A DNA stretch of 64,000 nucleotides from Phaeodactylibacter sp. (GTDB lineage: Bacteria; Bacteroidota; Bacteroidia; Chitinophagales; Saprospiraceae): contig NZ_JAVJSK010000020.1 in assembly GCF_040219495.1 (NCBI RefSeq), positions 21,293-85,292 on the forward strand, in the 5' to 3' direction. Of the stretch, positions 53,577 through 63,941 are shown in pieces. Every line of letters begins with the position of its first letter. The stretch's first letter is position 1. The translations under genes were made by a program, and so were the position numbers. The notes beneath the pieces were generated by a model, which saw only the letters and a list, made by a program, of their open reading frames with translations, searched no databases and was not told the origin of the DNA.

Positions 53577-56225
53577 CTACCAGGCCCACCGCCCCCAGAC
53601 ACTCCAGGTCCGCCCCAGCAATTGCAGCTCATTGCCCAGTACAGCCGTGCGGTTGGGCAGGTTGGGCGCGGGCAAATCAATGCCGTAGAATTGCTGCCGG
53701 TACAGGGTATTGGGCGCATCCGCCAGATTGTAAACCGATGCGCCAAAGGTCAGCTCACTGCCCTTCAGGGGGATGGTGTAGGCGGCACTGAGGTCCAGCC
53801 GGTGGTAGGCAGCAATGCGCTGATAGTAATCCGGGGCGCCCTGCCCGCGCTCATCGCGGAAGTCGTCCAGAGAAGTATCCAGAAAGGGGGCACCGCTGGC
53901 GTAGACGTAAGTCGCGCTCCACGCCCAGCGATCGAACCGGTACTCATTGTACCAGCTGAGCTGATGCGGCCGGTCTTCCTGTGTGGGAAACCATTCGTTT
54001 TGGAAAGCGGCCGGGTAGCGTTGCAGGGAGCGGCTCAACGTGTAGGACAGCCAGCTTGTGTACCGGTCGCCGGTTTTGCGGATGAGGACTTCTGCCCCGT
54101 AGTTCCGCCCTTCTCCACTGAACAACCGGAATTCCCGGGTACGGGGGCGGGGATCGCCCACAGTGCCCAGGCCGCTGATTAGGGCGGCGTGCTGCAGGCT
54201 GCCTTCAGTGCGCTTGAAGAACCCGCCGACTTCCCAACTTATGACAGCACCAGTATACTGCAGCCCTGCGGCAGCCTGATTGGCATGGGCAACGGGCACG
54301 GCTGCTTCATTCGCAAGCTCCCAAACGGCTACGCTGCGCCCAAAACGATTCTCATGGTAGTAGCGCCGCAAAAACTGATGATAACGGCTCAGCGAGGCAT
54401 TGACCGACCAGCGGTCCGACCAACGGTAGCGGGCACGAAGGCGGGGGGATACATAGGGCCGCTGCGTACGGGAATAGTAGGTCAGGTGAGTCGCCCAGCT
54501 CCAGTCCCAGGGGCCAGATTCGTATTCGCCACCAGCGTATAGCGCGTACTGTGTACCCGACGAAATCCGGGAGCGGATGGGTACCTCGTCATTCTCCAGA
54601 TTCAGTGCGGTGGCGTTGTGCTCCAGACGGTAGCCCAGGGTGTAGGTCGTTCCAGACTTTGGCGTCCAGGTATTTTTCCAGTTGAGGTGCAGCCCATCCA
54701 GGTCATTGTACCGCAGGTTATCTGTCCCGAAAGCGCGGACGGTATCCTGAAGTACCCGCCGGAAGCTCGTGGTGGTGCGTTCGGTCTCTTCGTAGCGGCT
54801 GCCGCCAATCGTCAGGGCAGACTGCCATTTGTCGTTCCACTCGTGCTGCAGGTTGGTGCTCCAGGCCTGGTTTTGCCAGTTGGAATTTTCGGTCACCAGG
54901 CTTTGGCTGATGATGAACTCGTCCCGCAGGCGCTGCCGGAAGTCAAACCCGTATTCGTAATCGTAGGTATCGCTGCTGCTGAAAGCGTTGGCCTCTAGCG
55001 TGGTCTTTTCGGACAACTGCCAGCGCCATTTCAAAAAGGCATCGTGGAATTGAAAAGCAGGCTGCACCCGGATCAGGCGGTCTGTCAGGAGCGATTCATT
55101 GTCCATACCGGGCAGGTCCAGTTGCTGACTGAAGACCTGAAAGAGGCTAGAAGTGCCCAGGTTGCTGTGGGTGATGCGCCCCCCGCCGGTAAGGCTCATG
55201 CGCTTGCCCAGAGGTACCGACACATTGCCCTGCAACAGTAGGTTGGAAACGGTGGCGCTGCCAGTGGTTTTTTCGGGCAGCCCCTCCGGGCTCAGCATCT
55301 CCACGATACTCGCCGTGCGGCCGCCATACTCCGCCGGAAAACTGTTTTTGTAGAGGCGTACCGATTCCAGCAGATTCCCGTCCACACTACTGAAGATGCC
55401 GAAGAAGTGGTCAATATCGTACAGGATCATACCATCCCAGACGATGAGGTTCTCGTCGGGCATACCACCCCGGACCTGCAGGCCGGAGGAAAAATCATTG
55501 TGCGCTCCCACGCCGGGCAGCAGTTGCAATTGGTGGAGTGGGTCCAGCTGACTGCCCAGCCCCGGGAGCTGCGCGCCTGGCCGGATGGTGTAAAACTGAT
55601 CGCGCCCATTGGCAGACAGCGCCGGAGTCATTTCCACCACCACCACTTCCGGGATACGTACTTCGGCTTGGCGTAGCGAGAGGTCAGACAGGGGCTGTCC
55701 GGGCGTATAAGCTACACGCCGGCTTTCGTACCCGATATAACGCAGCTCCAGTTGAATAACAGTGTCCAGATCAGGAAGTGACAGGCTGAATAACCCATCA
55801 GCGTTGGTGCAATCCCCTACAGTTTGCCCCACCCAGTGAATGCTGGCGAAGGGCAGTGGCGCTTGTGTTTCGGCATCACGGATAATACCCGTAAGCAGAC
55901 TTGTGGCGGGCACAGGTATAGCTGGAGCGGGTTTCGGCCGCACCAGGATTTTATCCTCCGCAAGGGTGCGGTATTCCATACCTGAAGCATCTAGTACCCG
56001 GTACAGAGCTTGCACCACCGGCTCTCCATCCAATTGCAGGGTCAGGGTGTGGGGCGAGATGGCAGCGGCATCGTAAGCGATAGACAAGCCGTATTTCTGT
56101 TCAAACACCTCGAAAACCTGAGCTAGCGGCTGTTCCTGGAACCGCTCCGTCACCCGCTGCTGCGCAAAGAGCGCAACGGGAAGTAAAGAGAGCCAAAATA
56201 CGTACAGCCTTGGCCGTAGTCCCAT
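53577..56225 (-). CDS. TonB-dependent receptor with N-terminal STN signalling domain and carboxypeptidase-regulatory-like domain
   Basis: STN-like part: FQEQPLAQVFEVFEQKYGLSIAYD...LDGEPVVQALYRVLDASGMEY. CarbopepD_reg-like part: LTGIIRDAETQAPLPFASI. Long beta-barrel ending in an aromatic residue. Starts 6 nt after the FecR gene. Confidence 0.88.
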   Translation of the reverse strand: MGLRPRLYVFWLSLLPVALFAQQRVTERFQEQPLAQVFEVFEQKYGLSIAYDAAAISPHTLTLQLDGEPVVQALYRVLDASGMEYRTLAEDKILVRPKPAPAIPVPATSLLTGIIRDAETQAPLPFASIHWVGQTVGDCTNADGLFSLSLPDLDTVIQLELRYIGYESRRVAYTPGQPLSDLSLRQAEVRIPEVVVVEMTPALSANGRDQFYTIRPGAQLPGLGSQLDPLHQLQLLPGVGAHNDFSSGLQVRGGMPDENLIVWDGMILYDIDHFFGIFSSVDGNLLESVRLYKNSFPAEYGGRTASIVEMLSPEGLPEKTTGSATVSNLLLQGNVSVPLGKRMSLTGGGRITHSNLGTSSLFQVFSQQLDLPGMDNESLLTDRLIRVQPAFQFHDAFLKWRWQLSEKTTLEANAFSSSDTYDYEYGFDFRQRLRDEFIISQSLVTENSNWQNQAWSTNLQHEWNDKWQSALTIGGSRYEETERTTTSFRRVLQDTVRAFGTDNLRYNDLDGLHLNWKNTWTPKSGTTYTLGYRLEHNATALNLENDEVPIRSRISSGTQYALYAGGEYESGPWDWSWATHLTYYSRTQRPYVSPRLRARYRWSDRWSVNASLSRYHQFLRRYYHENRFGRSVAVWELANEAAVPVAHANQAAAGLQYTGAVISWEVGGFFKRTEGSLQHAALISGLGTVGDPRPRTREFRLFSGEGRNYGAEVLIRKTGDRYTSWLSYTLSRSLQRYPAAFQNEWFPTQEDRPHQLSWYNEYRFDRWAWSATYVYASGAPFLDTSLDDFRDERGQGAPDYYQRIAAYHRLDLSAAYTIPLKGSELTFGASVYNLADAPNTLYRQQFYGIDLPAPNLPNRTAVLGNELQLLGRTWSVWGRWAW

Positions 56226-56231
56226 ATCAGG

Positions 56232-57200
56232 TTAGGAGTTGTCGGAAATAATCACCCGTTTGCCATTGACCTCAAAGGTCAGGTCCATGGGCCAGCAGAT
56301 GGCTTCCAGAGCAGCATTGAGATCGCCACTTTCAAAGAAGCCGGTGTATTCCCGGTCGGCGAGATCATCCGGGAGTTTCACTTTGACTTCAAACTGTCGT
56401 TCCAGTTCTGTGAAAACCATCCGCAGAGTGGTGGATTCAAAGTAGTGCACCCCTTCGCGCCAGGCAGCTGCTTTTTCGCCTTCAAAAGTATCTATCTGCA
56501 GTACGTTACCCTGACTGATCGCTATCTCGCCCGGAGAGAGCACTTCGGAGCTGCTCGCTGCCGCTACGCGTACGGAGCCAGTAAAGCAAGCAACGGCAAA
56601 ACGCTCCTTACGGGCTTCCACATCGAAGCTCGTACCAAGAACCTGCACATCACCGAAAGGGGTTTTCACCAAAAAGGGCGTCCCTTTTTTGACGTCAAAA
56701 AAAGCCTCCCCAGTCAGCTCGATGCGCCGGGCACTCGGCCATTCATCAGGCTCGTAGGAGATCATTGACTGAGCATTGAGGATGACCACAGACCCATCGG
56801 GCAGTTCGTAAATATCCTTGCCACCGGTCGTGGTGACCAGGCGTATTTCAGGCGGTGCCGGCAATGCCCACCATCCGGCCAGAATCAGCAGTACAGCCAC
56901 TACAGCCGCCAGAAGCGTCAACCGCCGGCGCTGCCAGATGGAGGTAACCTGTGCTTCTTCGCGGGTAGCGCGATCAATGGTAGACCACATATTGTCCACC
57001 TGCGCCGGGGTGGGCTCTTGTGTGTCAAATTCCATCGCCAGTACGAGCTCCCGGGCTTTGCTAACCTCCGCCTGGCATTCCGGGTGCTCCTCCAGCCACT
57101 CCGACCATTCGGCATCTTTGTCGCCCTCCCGCACCCAGTGGATGACGTCCGTCTCCTGGGCCAGCGCTACTGCATCGTAATTGACGTATTGTGCTTTCAT
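56232..57200 (-). CDS. FecR-family transmembrane sensor (anti-sigma-like)
   Basis: Internal Met MKAQYVNYD.., a TM segment (LTLLAAVVAVLLILAGWWAL), and the FecR domain DGSVVILNAQSMISYEP...IELTGEAFFDVKKG.PFLVKTPFGDVQVLGTSFDV. Confidence 0.85.
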   Translation of the reverse strand: MKAQYVNYDAVALAQETDVIHWVREGDKDAEWSEWLEEHPECQAEVSKARELVLAMEFDTQEPTPAQVDNMWSTIDRATREEAQVTSIWQRRRLTLLAAVVAVLLILAGWWALPAPPEIRLVTTTGGKDIYELPDGSVVILNAQSMISYEPDEWPSARRIELTGEAFFDVKKGTPFLVKTPFGDVQVLGTSFDVEARKERFAVACFTGSVRVAAASSSEVLSPGEIAISQGNVLQIDTFEGEKAAAWREGVHYFESTTLRMVFTELERQFEVKVKLPDDLADREYTGFFESGDLNAALEAICWPMDLTFEVNGKRVIISDNS

Positions 57201-57205
57201 GTCTT

Positions 57206-57679
57206 TTAGTTTTGTCCGAACAGTTCGTCCAGGTAAGCAGTCCGGGTGACATTCCGGTAGTTGTACCGGCAGCTGCCATTCCCACTCTGCATCATGCTGA
57301 GGCAAAAGCCCGCCGCATCCTTCGCATCTTCGTGCGCCCGGCCCAGATAACAGTGCCCCAGCTCGTGGAATATCAGGTGCTCCCGCTCCAGGTCATTGGC
57401 TGCCGACCAATTCGCAGGCCCGATTTCAATAATGCTGATGCCCGAGGTGTACTGCGTACATAAACCCGCTTGACCATCGACCAGTTCATCGGAAAACACC
57501 GCACCAATCTCTTCGCTAGCCAGGTCGATATCCAGCCCCCGCAACACCCCTTCCGCTTCAAAGCGTTCAAAGTAAGGCTGAAAGGCCGCATCTACGGTAA
57601 TAGCAGGCGTTGCCTCTTCTGCTTTTTGGCAGCCGGCCAGTACCGATAAAAATACGATAATTGCAGGGATTCGCTTCAT
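57206..57679 (-). CDS. Small lipoprotein with HExxH zinc-metalloprotease motif
   Basis: Signal peptide plus lipobox LSVLAGCQ, and the motif IFHELGHCYLGRAHED. Its stop lies 5 nt upstream of the FecR start. Confidence 0.7.
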   Translation of the reverse strand: MKRIPAIIVFLSVLAGCQKAEEATPAITVDAAFQPYFERFEAEGVLRGLDIDLASEEIGAVFSDELVDGQAGLCTQYTSGISIIEIGPANWSAANDLEREHLIFHELGHCYLGRAHEDAKDAAGFCLSMMQSGNGSCRYNYRNVTRTAYLDELFGQN

Positions 57680-58223
57680 GACAGTCTTTCGGTTTGTAAA
57701 ATAAGGCAGGAGAGTGGGGAGTTGTACTCAAAAAACGGAGGTTTTTTTAATTTTTTCTCACCGGGTGCAGTAAGCCAAGCCATGCCCCGGGCATTCACCC
57801 GGTGTGCTTTTCGTAAGCGCAAGAGCAGTACGCCGGGCAGGGGACCCGACAAAATTGCAACTATGTCGGAAAGGGAATGCAGCGGGCGAGGATCTAACAT
57901 TGTATTTCTCCGCCCAATTCCGTATCTTACCGATTATTCACTAACCGCTAAAAAACGGACCTCATGTTTACACACACCATTTCGCGCACGGTACGCCGTC
58001 AAGCTTCTTTGGCTCATGCTCATGATATCAGGCTTGCATACCGCAACCGGGCAAAACTAAGTCACTTATGGTTTGTACGGGAAGCACGATGAAGACCCCA
58101 AGAGCTATTTCCTGCGTGTTCAGTTCAATTTTATAGATGAGCCGGCATCTACTGGGCACGCCTGCAAATAGCCGGGCAGCAGCCAACGCACCACAAAATC
58201 ATTGTATCACGCTAAACAAGCCT

Positions 58224-59741
58224 GCCATGAAGCTAGTAAACAAAGCACTTTTATTGCTGCTGCTGGGGCCTGTAGGCCTTCGTGCACAGTCTTTTAATAT
58301 TGCTGAAGATTTAGGGTATCAAAGTAATTACTTTGAAAGGGTGATTGTCCATAATGATACTATTGTAGCCTTGGGTACCGCTCGAACTGATTCCTTAGAA
58401 AGTGGCGTTTTAATTGCTTTATACGATTCCACAGGGCAGCGATTAGCCAGCCAGCTGTTAACAGACTTTGGAGGGGAAGGCTTATATATGCTTGATAATG
58501 CTGGTGGATTTGCACCTGCAAATGGAGGGGGGTATGTTATAATTGCTTATTCGATCCGTTTTAATGCCATTTTTATCAAGCTGGATGAGCATCTCAACGA
58601 AGAGTTCCGTCATGAGTATACCGACATTGAAGATGTTAGTAATTATAACTACCGCAGCCCTATTCCTCTGGATAATGGCTACTTGCTATACGGGGATATA
58701 GACCGGGACAATGGGGTGCCCGACCCCTTTGTGCGCATTGTGGACGAGCAGGGGCAGACCGTGCGGCTTAATTTTTACGGGAGTTATGAGGACAAGGATA
58801 TCTACCAGGATGCCCAGCTTTTAGGGGATTCTATTTTGGTAGCTGGGGGTCAGCGGCAGGTTAGCCTCGGCTACAGCAAAAACTTTTTCCACCGCATCCG
58901 CATATCCGATGGTGCCTTACTGGATAGCTGGGAGTCTTCAGTAAACGCGGACATGGGCTGGCTGCGGCAATTGGTTGCCCTGGAAGACGGGGATATCATC
59001 ACCTTTGGGCAGCAACCGCTGGAAATTATCGACTGGAACACTTACATCGTACAGCCGATGCTGACCCGCTTCAACAGCAACTATGAGGTCGTTTGGCAGC
59101 GGCCTATTTACCGTTCTAGCTATCATTCTAAGAGGAATGGCCTGCACGAAATTAAACAGGTGTCAGATGGTTACTATGTAGGGTCTGGCCACGTAAGTAC
59201 AAATGTAGATGGCAACTCCACCCGTACAGGCTGGCTATTTAAGTTCACGGCTTTCGGTGATTCGCTCTGGTCGCGCTATTATCTTCCTCCATTTGATACA
59301 CTTAATAATCCTATCCTTGGGGGCAGCTTTTTCTCCTTTGGGGAGCTGTCCAGCGGTAATTTGGTCAGTGGTGGAGAAGCTAATGGCGATGGCTCTCAGC
59401 GCCGCTGCTGGATCATCAAAACGGACGCCAATGGGTGTCAGGGGGAGACGCCCTGTGAGGTGCTTACGGATGTGGCGGAGGCGGAGCCGGTGGAGGAGCC
59501 GGGTATGCGGGTGTTCCCCAATCCTGCCTCCCGCCACCTCACTGTCGCCTGGCCGGGCGCAGCGCCCACGGGCACTGGCTACTTCACGCTCTACAATATG
59601 CAGGGGCAGGCCGTATGGGCGGCAGCAATGCCCTGTACACCAGAGGTGCCGTTGCAGTTGCCGGAGCTGCCACCGGGCGTTTATGCCCTGCGCGTGGAAG
59701 TGGAGGGGCAGGTTTGGGTGGAAAGGGTGGTGATTCGGTAA
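58224..59741 (+). CDS. Secreted repeat (beta-propeller-like) protein with T9SS type A C-terminal sorting domain
   Basis: Signal peptide MKLVNKALLLLLLGPVGLRAQ at an internal Met. The C-terminus reads RVFPNPASRHLTV...FTLYNMQGQAVW...LPPGVYALRVEVEGQVWVERVVI. Confidence 0.8.
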   Translation, partial: AMKLVNKALLLLLLGPVGLRAQSFNIAEDLGYQSNYFERVIVHNDTIVALGTARTDSLESGVLIALYDSTGQRLASQLLTDFGGEGLYMLDNAGGFAPANGGGYVIIAYSIRFNAIFIKLDEHLNEEFRHEYTDIEDVSNYNYRSPIPLDNGYLLYGDIDRDNGVPDPFVRIVDEQGQTVRLNFYGSYEDKDIYQDAQLLGDSILVAGGQRQVSLGYSKNFFHRIRISDGALLDSWESSVNADMGWLRQLVALEDGDIITFGQQPLEIIDWNTYIVQPMLTRFNSNYEVVWQRPIYRSSYHSKRNGLHEIKQVSDGYYVGSGHVSTNVDGNSTRTGWLFKFTAFGDSLWSRYYLPPFDTLNNPILGGSFFSFGELSSGNLVSGGEANGDGSQRRCWIIKTDANGCQGETPCEVLTDVAEAEPVEEPGMRVFPNPASRHLTVAWPGAAPTGTGYFTLYNMQGQAVWAAAMPCTPEVPLQLPELPPGVYALRVEVEGQVWVERVVIR

Positions 59742-60056
59742 TGGGCTTGGGCATGGGGTTTTGGTGTTGTCCCTCCTTTTCCTATCGGCTACGGCGGACA
59801 GATTCCCGCCTCCGCGTAAAGCTACGGCGGACAGAGGGTGTTATGGTTTTATGGTGTTCCCGGCTTCCCGGGCTGGTCAATCCGTACGGATCGATATTGG
59901 CGCGTCTGAGCTTGCTTCGTCGGCCGGAGAAGGTTAAAGGTGCTCAAAGTTAACCAGCTTCACATCAGGCGGGATCCGGAAGGTTTTCAGGGTAAAGCTG
60001 GGGCAGCGCTCCTGGAAAAGCCCGGGATTAAGCTCCACACCAGCGTAGCGGGGCAT

Positions 60057-63000
60057 TCACTCCCTCGACAGCACCCACTTCACCCGCAAGCCAGCACCCC
60101 GGTCATCCGGGATCAGGCGAAGAAGGATGTTGGGGCCACTGAGCCCTTTCTCAATTTGCTCCAGGGCAGCGCGGTTGAGGTCGCGGCGGAAAAGGTTGCC
60201 CATGGGGATTTCCAACAGTAGGTCCGTCCGCCTTTGGGAGCCAAGGTCATATTGACCAGATACCGCAAATGCAAGGGCAGAGGACCGCACTTCCATACGA
60301 TCAATACCCAGCAACTGGCCATTGAGCTGAAAGGTATTCTCCAGCGTGGCGAAGTTGATATGGCTGAGGTCACGGCGGGCAAACAGCAAATTTCGGATGG
60401 AATCCAGGGCGGATAAATCTAGTAGTGCACCGTCCGTAAGGTGCAAGTCGAAATGGCCCCGTAAACTATTGGTGTCTAATTCGTAGTTGGCATTGGCCCG
60501 GGCCTGGAATCTTATATCGGCAGTGAGTTTCCCTTCTATGTTTTCGTGACGGAGCGCCGATTGCCCGAAATCATCAAATGCCCGGAAGGCTTTCTGTACA
60601 TCGGTCTCTTGCAAATCAGCCTGAAGGTTGAGCAATGGCTGATTCTCTTCCAGCCCGGTGACTTCCCCGGACAGACGGAAGGTCCCGTCCGCTAAATCCA
60701 TAGTCGTTTCATCGAACGCTACGCGGCCCTTGCCCATTTCCACACGCCCTCCCACATTCATGGCTAAAAAACTACGGTAGTTCACCGTATCCAGTTGCAT
60801 TCGAAAATCAGCTTCGATGTTACTCAGCCCGGCGTTAACCAGGCGCGTAATGTCCGTGGGGAATTCGGCTTGTTCTACCTGCTCCACCTGGAATTTCTCC
60901 GGTGCCTTGAAGCGATCCAGATCAAATCGGGGGCTTCGAATATTAAAACTGGCCTTCAATGTGTAATCTGGCAGGAAAAGGAAGGGCAGGAAATTGCAGA
61001 TCGTCCCCTGCCCTTCAACCACATTACGGTTGAGGAGCAGGTCCACATTTTCCAGGTGCAAGTCTGCGCCATCGAAAGAGAACCGGGTATCTACCTGCTC
61101 AAAATCGTAACCCCGGGGCACGAAGGTAAACTGCCCACCGGATATTTGACCAGTTCCCCTAAGGTCGGCCGTGAGTAAAGCGTCCTGTACATCTATATGC
61201 CGGTGGGGCTGCCCGGCATACTCAAACTGCACCTTTGCATACCCGCCCCTAAAACGCAGTTGATCCGAAGAAAACATACGGTCTAGCTCACGCAGGGGCA
61301 TATCTACAGAGACGCTGGCATTCAGATAGGGGTCGTGCAATTGGCTCAGGCGGGCACGCGCATGCATGGGCGTATTCCCGAAGAGTTCTGCCTGTACCGT
61401 ATCCAGCTCCACACAACTGCCGCCATCTTCACAAGTCCCAACAAACCGGCTTTCGAAGTATACATTGGATAATCGCAGGGCTTGATATTGCAGCGTATCC
61501 GAACGAACCCGTAACTCCCCCTCTATACGCTGCAGCGCCCGGGCGATGGTCTGCCCCACCTCACTTCCAGCCTCTTCCTGCTGCTCTGTACCGGGTTCAG
61601 GGAAGTCAAACTTATTCAGGTCAATGCCCCGGCTATCGACCTCAAGCACAGCGCGCAGGCGTGGCGTGTTTTTCCCAAATACAAAGGGCAATACTTCATC
61701 AATGCGGCCGCTTACCCTGCCCGTGTTGCCGTTTACCGTAAGTTGAAGGGTGTCGAGGTAGACGTGGGACTCATCAAAGTGAATGGCCGCACCGACCTCG
61801 TCAAAATGATACCCTTGCGGTAAATAGTCGAAGGTAGCGTCCCGGAGCTGCACCTGCCCATTCAGCCCGGCTTGCAATACCGCCTGATTGAGGCTACCGT
61901 AACTGCGCAGACTGCCTGCATAGGACAACCGCAGGGCGTAGCGACCCGCTTCCAGTTTCAGTAGCTTTGGGGGCATTAAGGGCTGTAAGTTTTTCAGGGG
62001 CGCATTGGCCGTCAATTCGAACCGCAACTGCGGGTCATGCAGCTGCGTCAGCCGGGCCGTACCTGTTAGCGGCAGGGTGTTGAAAGCGGTGAGCCGGAGG
62101 TTGTCCACCTCAATACAGGCTTGGCTGCCCACACACCGCCGCCGCAATGTGGCTCTAAAGGCCACCTCCGTTGCCTCCAGCTTCCGGTATTTCAGCGATT
62201 GCGCCTCCACTACTACCCTACCTTGCAGCTTACGGGCCAACTGCTCCACAGTACGCCCCAACTGCTGACCGGGAGCCGGCGCAGCAGCCGGAACGGAAGG
62301 CTCCTCCTCCGACAGTGCCGTAATCCACTCTTCAAGGCTGATGCTTGATGCTTGCAGGTTCACATCGGCCCAAAGCCGGGCGGGCTTCTGAAAAGCCAGG
62401 CGGATCAAATCCTCAATACGGCCCGAAAACGTCACCTCCTGGTCCTCGAAAGTGAGCCGCCCGGCAGTGAAGTCCAGGTCATTCGCATTGAAACGGAAGA
62501 CCGTATTGATGTTTTCAAAAGGTGCGTTCAGCCTGCGGTGCCACAGAACCGCATTACGCAGCTGACCTTTGCCGGACAGCCGGACAGCAGGTTCCAGCAC
62601 GGTAGAATCGTTAAGGTCTGCGGCATGGCCCTCCAGCGTGAAGCCCAGAGCCAATTGCCCTGATTTGATAGCCCAGCTGCTCTCTGGAAGATAAGGCGCA
62701 AGCCGGATCAGAGGCGTTTCTATCCCCCCTTCTATGGTCACTTCAGGCGACTGTAAATTATGGTTGAAATACGCAAACCGGACAGGCAACTGCTCAAACA
62801 GCAGGGCGGAGTCCACCTCCACCCGCAGGCAGCCCGTTTGAGGAGTAATCAGACGGGCGGTATCGCAGTCATTTTGGAAGTGGGCCCGCAGTTGCACTTT
62901 TGTAAAATCCATACCCGCGGCCGATAGTGCCAGTTCCCGGGCTTCGATGCGGACGTCCAGGGGTATGGGCTGCCCCGGGATAGTGGGGCCATGAATGACC

Positions 63001-63941
63001 ACTGCTACCGGCAAGCCCCCTTTGATCTCAAATGGCTGTACCGCTTTTCGAATATTTTGGGCAACGATTTGCCGCCCTTTTTCCAGGCTGATGCCGGGGG
63101 TTCGGATTTCGAGGTGCAGCAGCCCGGGGTTCCCGGGTTCCAGATAGCCCTGCACATTAATGTCATGCTCCAGTACCGAGATCTTTGAGCTTGCTCTCAG
63201 GTGCCAACGCCGGCTGACAGCAGGTATGCCCACCTCAAGATCAAGAGCAACGGGCATATTTTCCAGGAAAGGCCCGTTACGGGGTTTGAAGGTGAGGCCT
63301 TGCGAGAAAGCCTGCCCCTGCAATTGTACCAGCAGGAGGGTGTCCTGTTGTTCAAAATTCAGGGTACCTTTTTCCACGACAAAGCGATGATGTTTGTGCA
63401 GGCTGTCATCCTCATAACTAAAAAACAAACCATTCAGGCGGACCCCTTTCAATTGGTGCAAAACACGAACCTGCTCACGATCCAAAACCGGTCCGGCAGA
63501 CGCTTCCTTTTTGAGGAAGTCGAGGTTGGTATAGCCTGTGCTGTCTTTATAAACCTGCACGCGGGCACTGTCTACGTTTATCGAGCGGAATTCCACCTCT
63601 TTCTGCAATAACGGCCAGGGGCGGAACACCAGGTCCAGCTCTTTGATACGGAGCAGCTCCCGCTGATGATGCCCATAAGCTGTGTCCCGCAGTGTCAGAT
63701 TGAAAAGAGACAGGGAAAGGAATGGGAAATGGTCGAAGTACCGGAACTGGTAGTGGTCAAAGTTGGCCTGTACGCCCAGTTCCTGTTCAGAAACCTCCCG
63801 AATGATGCGCGGTACCCGGTCCTGATCGGAGATGGCAAGGTAGTAGACCAGCCCGGTAAACAGCAGGAACAATACGACACTACTTCCCAGAAAGACCAGG
63901 AAGTAGTGCAGTACAGTCCGTGTGCTTGGGGATGGCGGCAT
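60057..63941 (-). CDS. AsmA-family (TamB-like) giant envelope protein
   Basis: 1294 aa with a single N-terminal TM and a beta-rich repetitive body. The AsmA-like C-terminal region reads INFATLENTFQLNGQLLGIDRMEVRSSALAFAVSGQYDL. Confidence 0.72.
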   Translation of the reverse strand: MPPSPSTRTVLHYFLVFLGSSVVLFLLFTGLVYYLAISDQDRVPRIIREVSEQELGVQANFDHYQFRYFDHFPFLSLSLFNLTLRDTAYGHHQRELLRIKELDLVFRPWPLLQKEVEFRSINVDSARVQVYKDSTGYTNLDFLKKEASAGPVLDREQVRVLHQLKGVRLNGLFFSYEDDSLHKHHRFVVEKGTLNFEQQDTLLLVQLQGQAFSQGLTFKPRNGPFLENMPVALDLEVGIPAVSRRWHLRASSKISVLEHDINVQGYLEPGNPGLLHLEIRTPGISLEKGRQIVAQNIRKAVQPFEIKGGLPVAVVIHGPTIPGQPIPLDVRIEARELALSAAGMDFTKVQLRAHFQNDCDTARLITPQTGCLRVEVDSALLFEQLPVRFAYFNHNLQSPEVTIEGGIETPLIRLAPYLPESSWAIKSGQLALGFTLEGHAADLNDSTVLEPAVRLSGKGQLRNAVLWHRRLNAPFENINTVFRFNANDLDFTAGRLTFEDQEVTFSGRIEDLIRLAFQKPARLWADVNLQASSISLEEWITALSEEEPSVPAAAPAPGQQLGRTVEQLARKLQGRVVVEAQSLKYRKLEATEVAFRATLRRRCVGSQACIEVDNLRLTAFNTLPLTGTARLTQLHDPQLRFELTANAPLKNLQPLMPPKLLKLEAGRYALRLSYAGSLRSYGSLNQAVLQAGLNGQVQLRDATFDYLPQGYHFDEVGAAIHFDESHVYLDTLQLTVNGNTGRVSGRIDEVLPFVFGKNTPRLRAVLEVDSRGIDLNKFDFPEPGTEQQEEAGSEVGQTIARALQRIEGELRVRSDTLQYQALRLSNVYFESRFVGTCEDGGSCVELDTVQAELFGNTPMHARARLSQLHDPYLNASVSVDMPLRELDRMFSSDQLRFRGGYAKVQFEYAGQPHRHIDVQDALLTADLRGTGQISGGQFTFVPRGYDFEQVDTRFSFDGADLHLENVDLLLNRNVVEGQGTICNFLPFLFLPDYTLKASFNIRSPRFDLDRFKAPEKFQVEQVEQAEFPTDITRLVNAGLSNIEADFRMQLDTVNYRSFLAMNVGGRVEMGKGRVAFDETTMDLADGTFRLSGEVTGLEENQPLLNLQADLQETDVQKAFRAFDDFGQSALRHENIEGKLTADIRFQARANANYELDTNSLRGHFDLHLTDGALLDLSALDSIRNLLFARRDLSHINFATLENTFQLNGQLLGIDRMEVRSSALAFAVSGQYDLGSQRRTDLLLEIPMGNLFRRDLNRAALEQIEKGLSGPNILLRLIPDDRGAGLRVKWVLSRE

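Noticed and set aside
53409-54182. 257-aa plus-strand ORF
   Set aside because: It is antisense to the C-terminal beta-barrel of the STN TonB-dependent receptor, and its translation is Pro/Gly/Ala-rich shadow sequence.
59788-59835. 15-bp direct repeat gctacggcggacaga, two copies 33 bp apart, downstream of the T9SS cargo gene
   Set aside because: It is too short and isolated to call a feature. It may be part of a weak terminator (ggcgg...ccgcc), but no T-tract follows.
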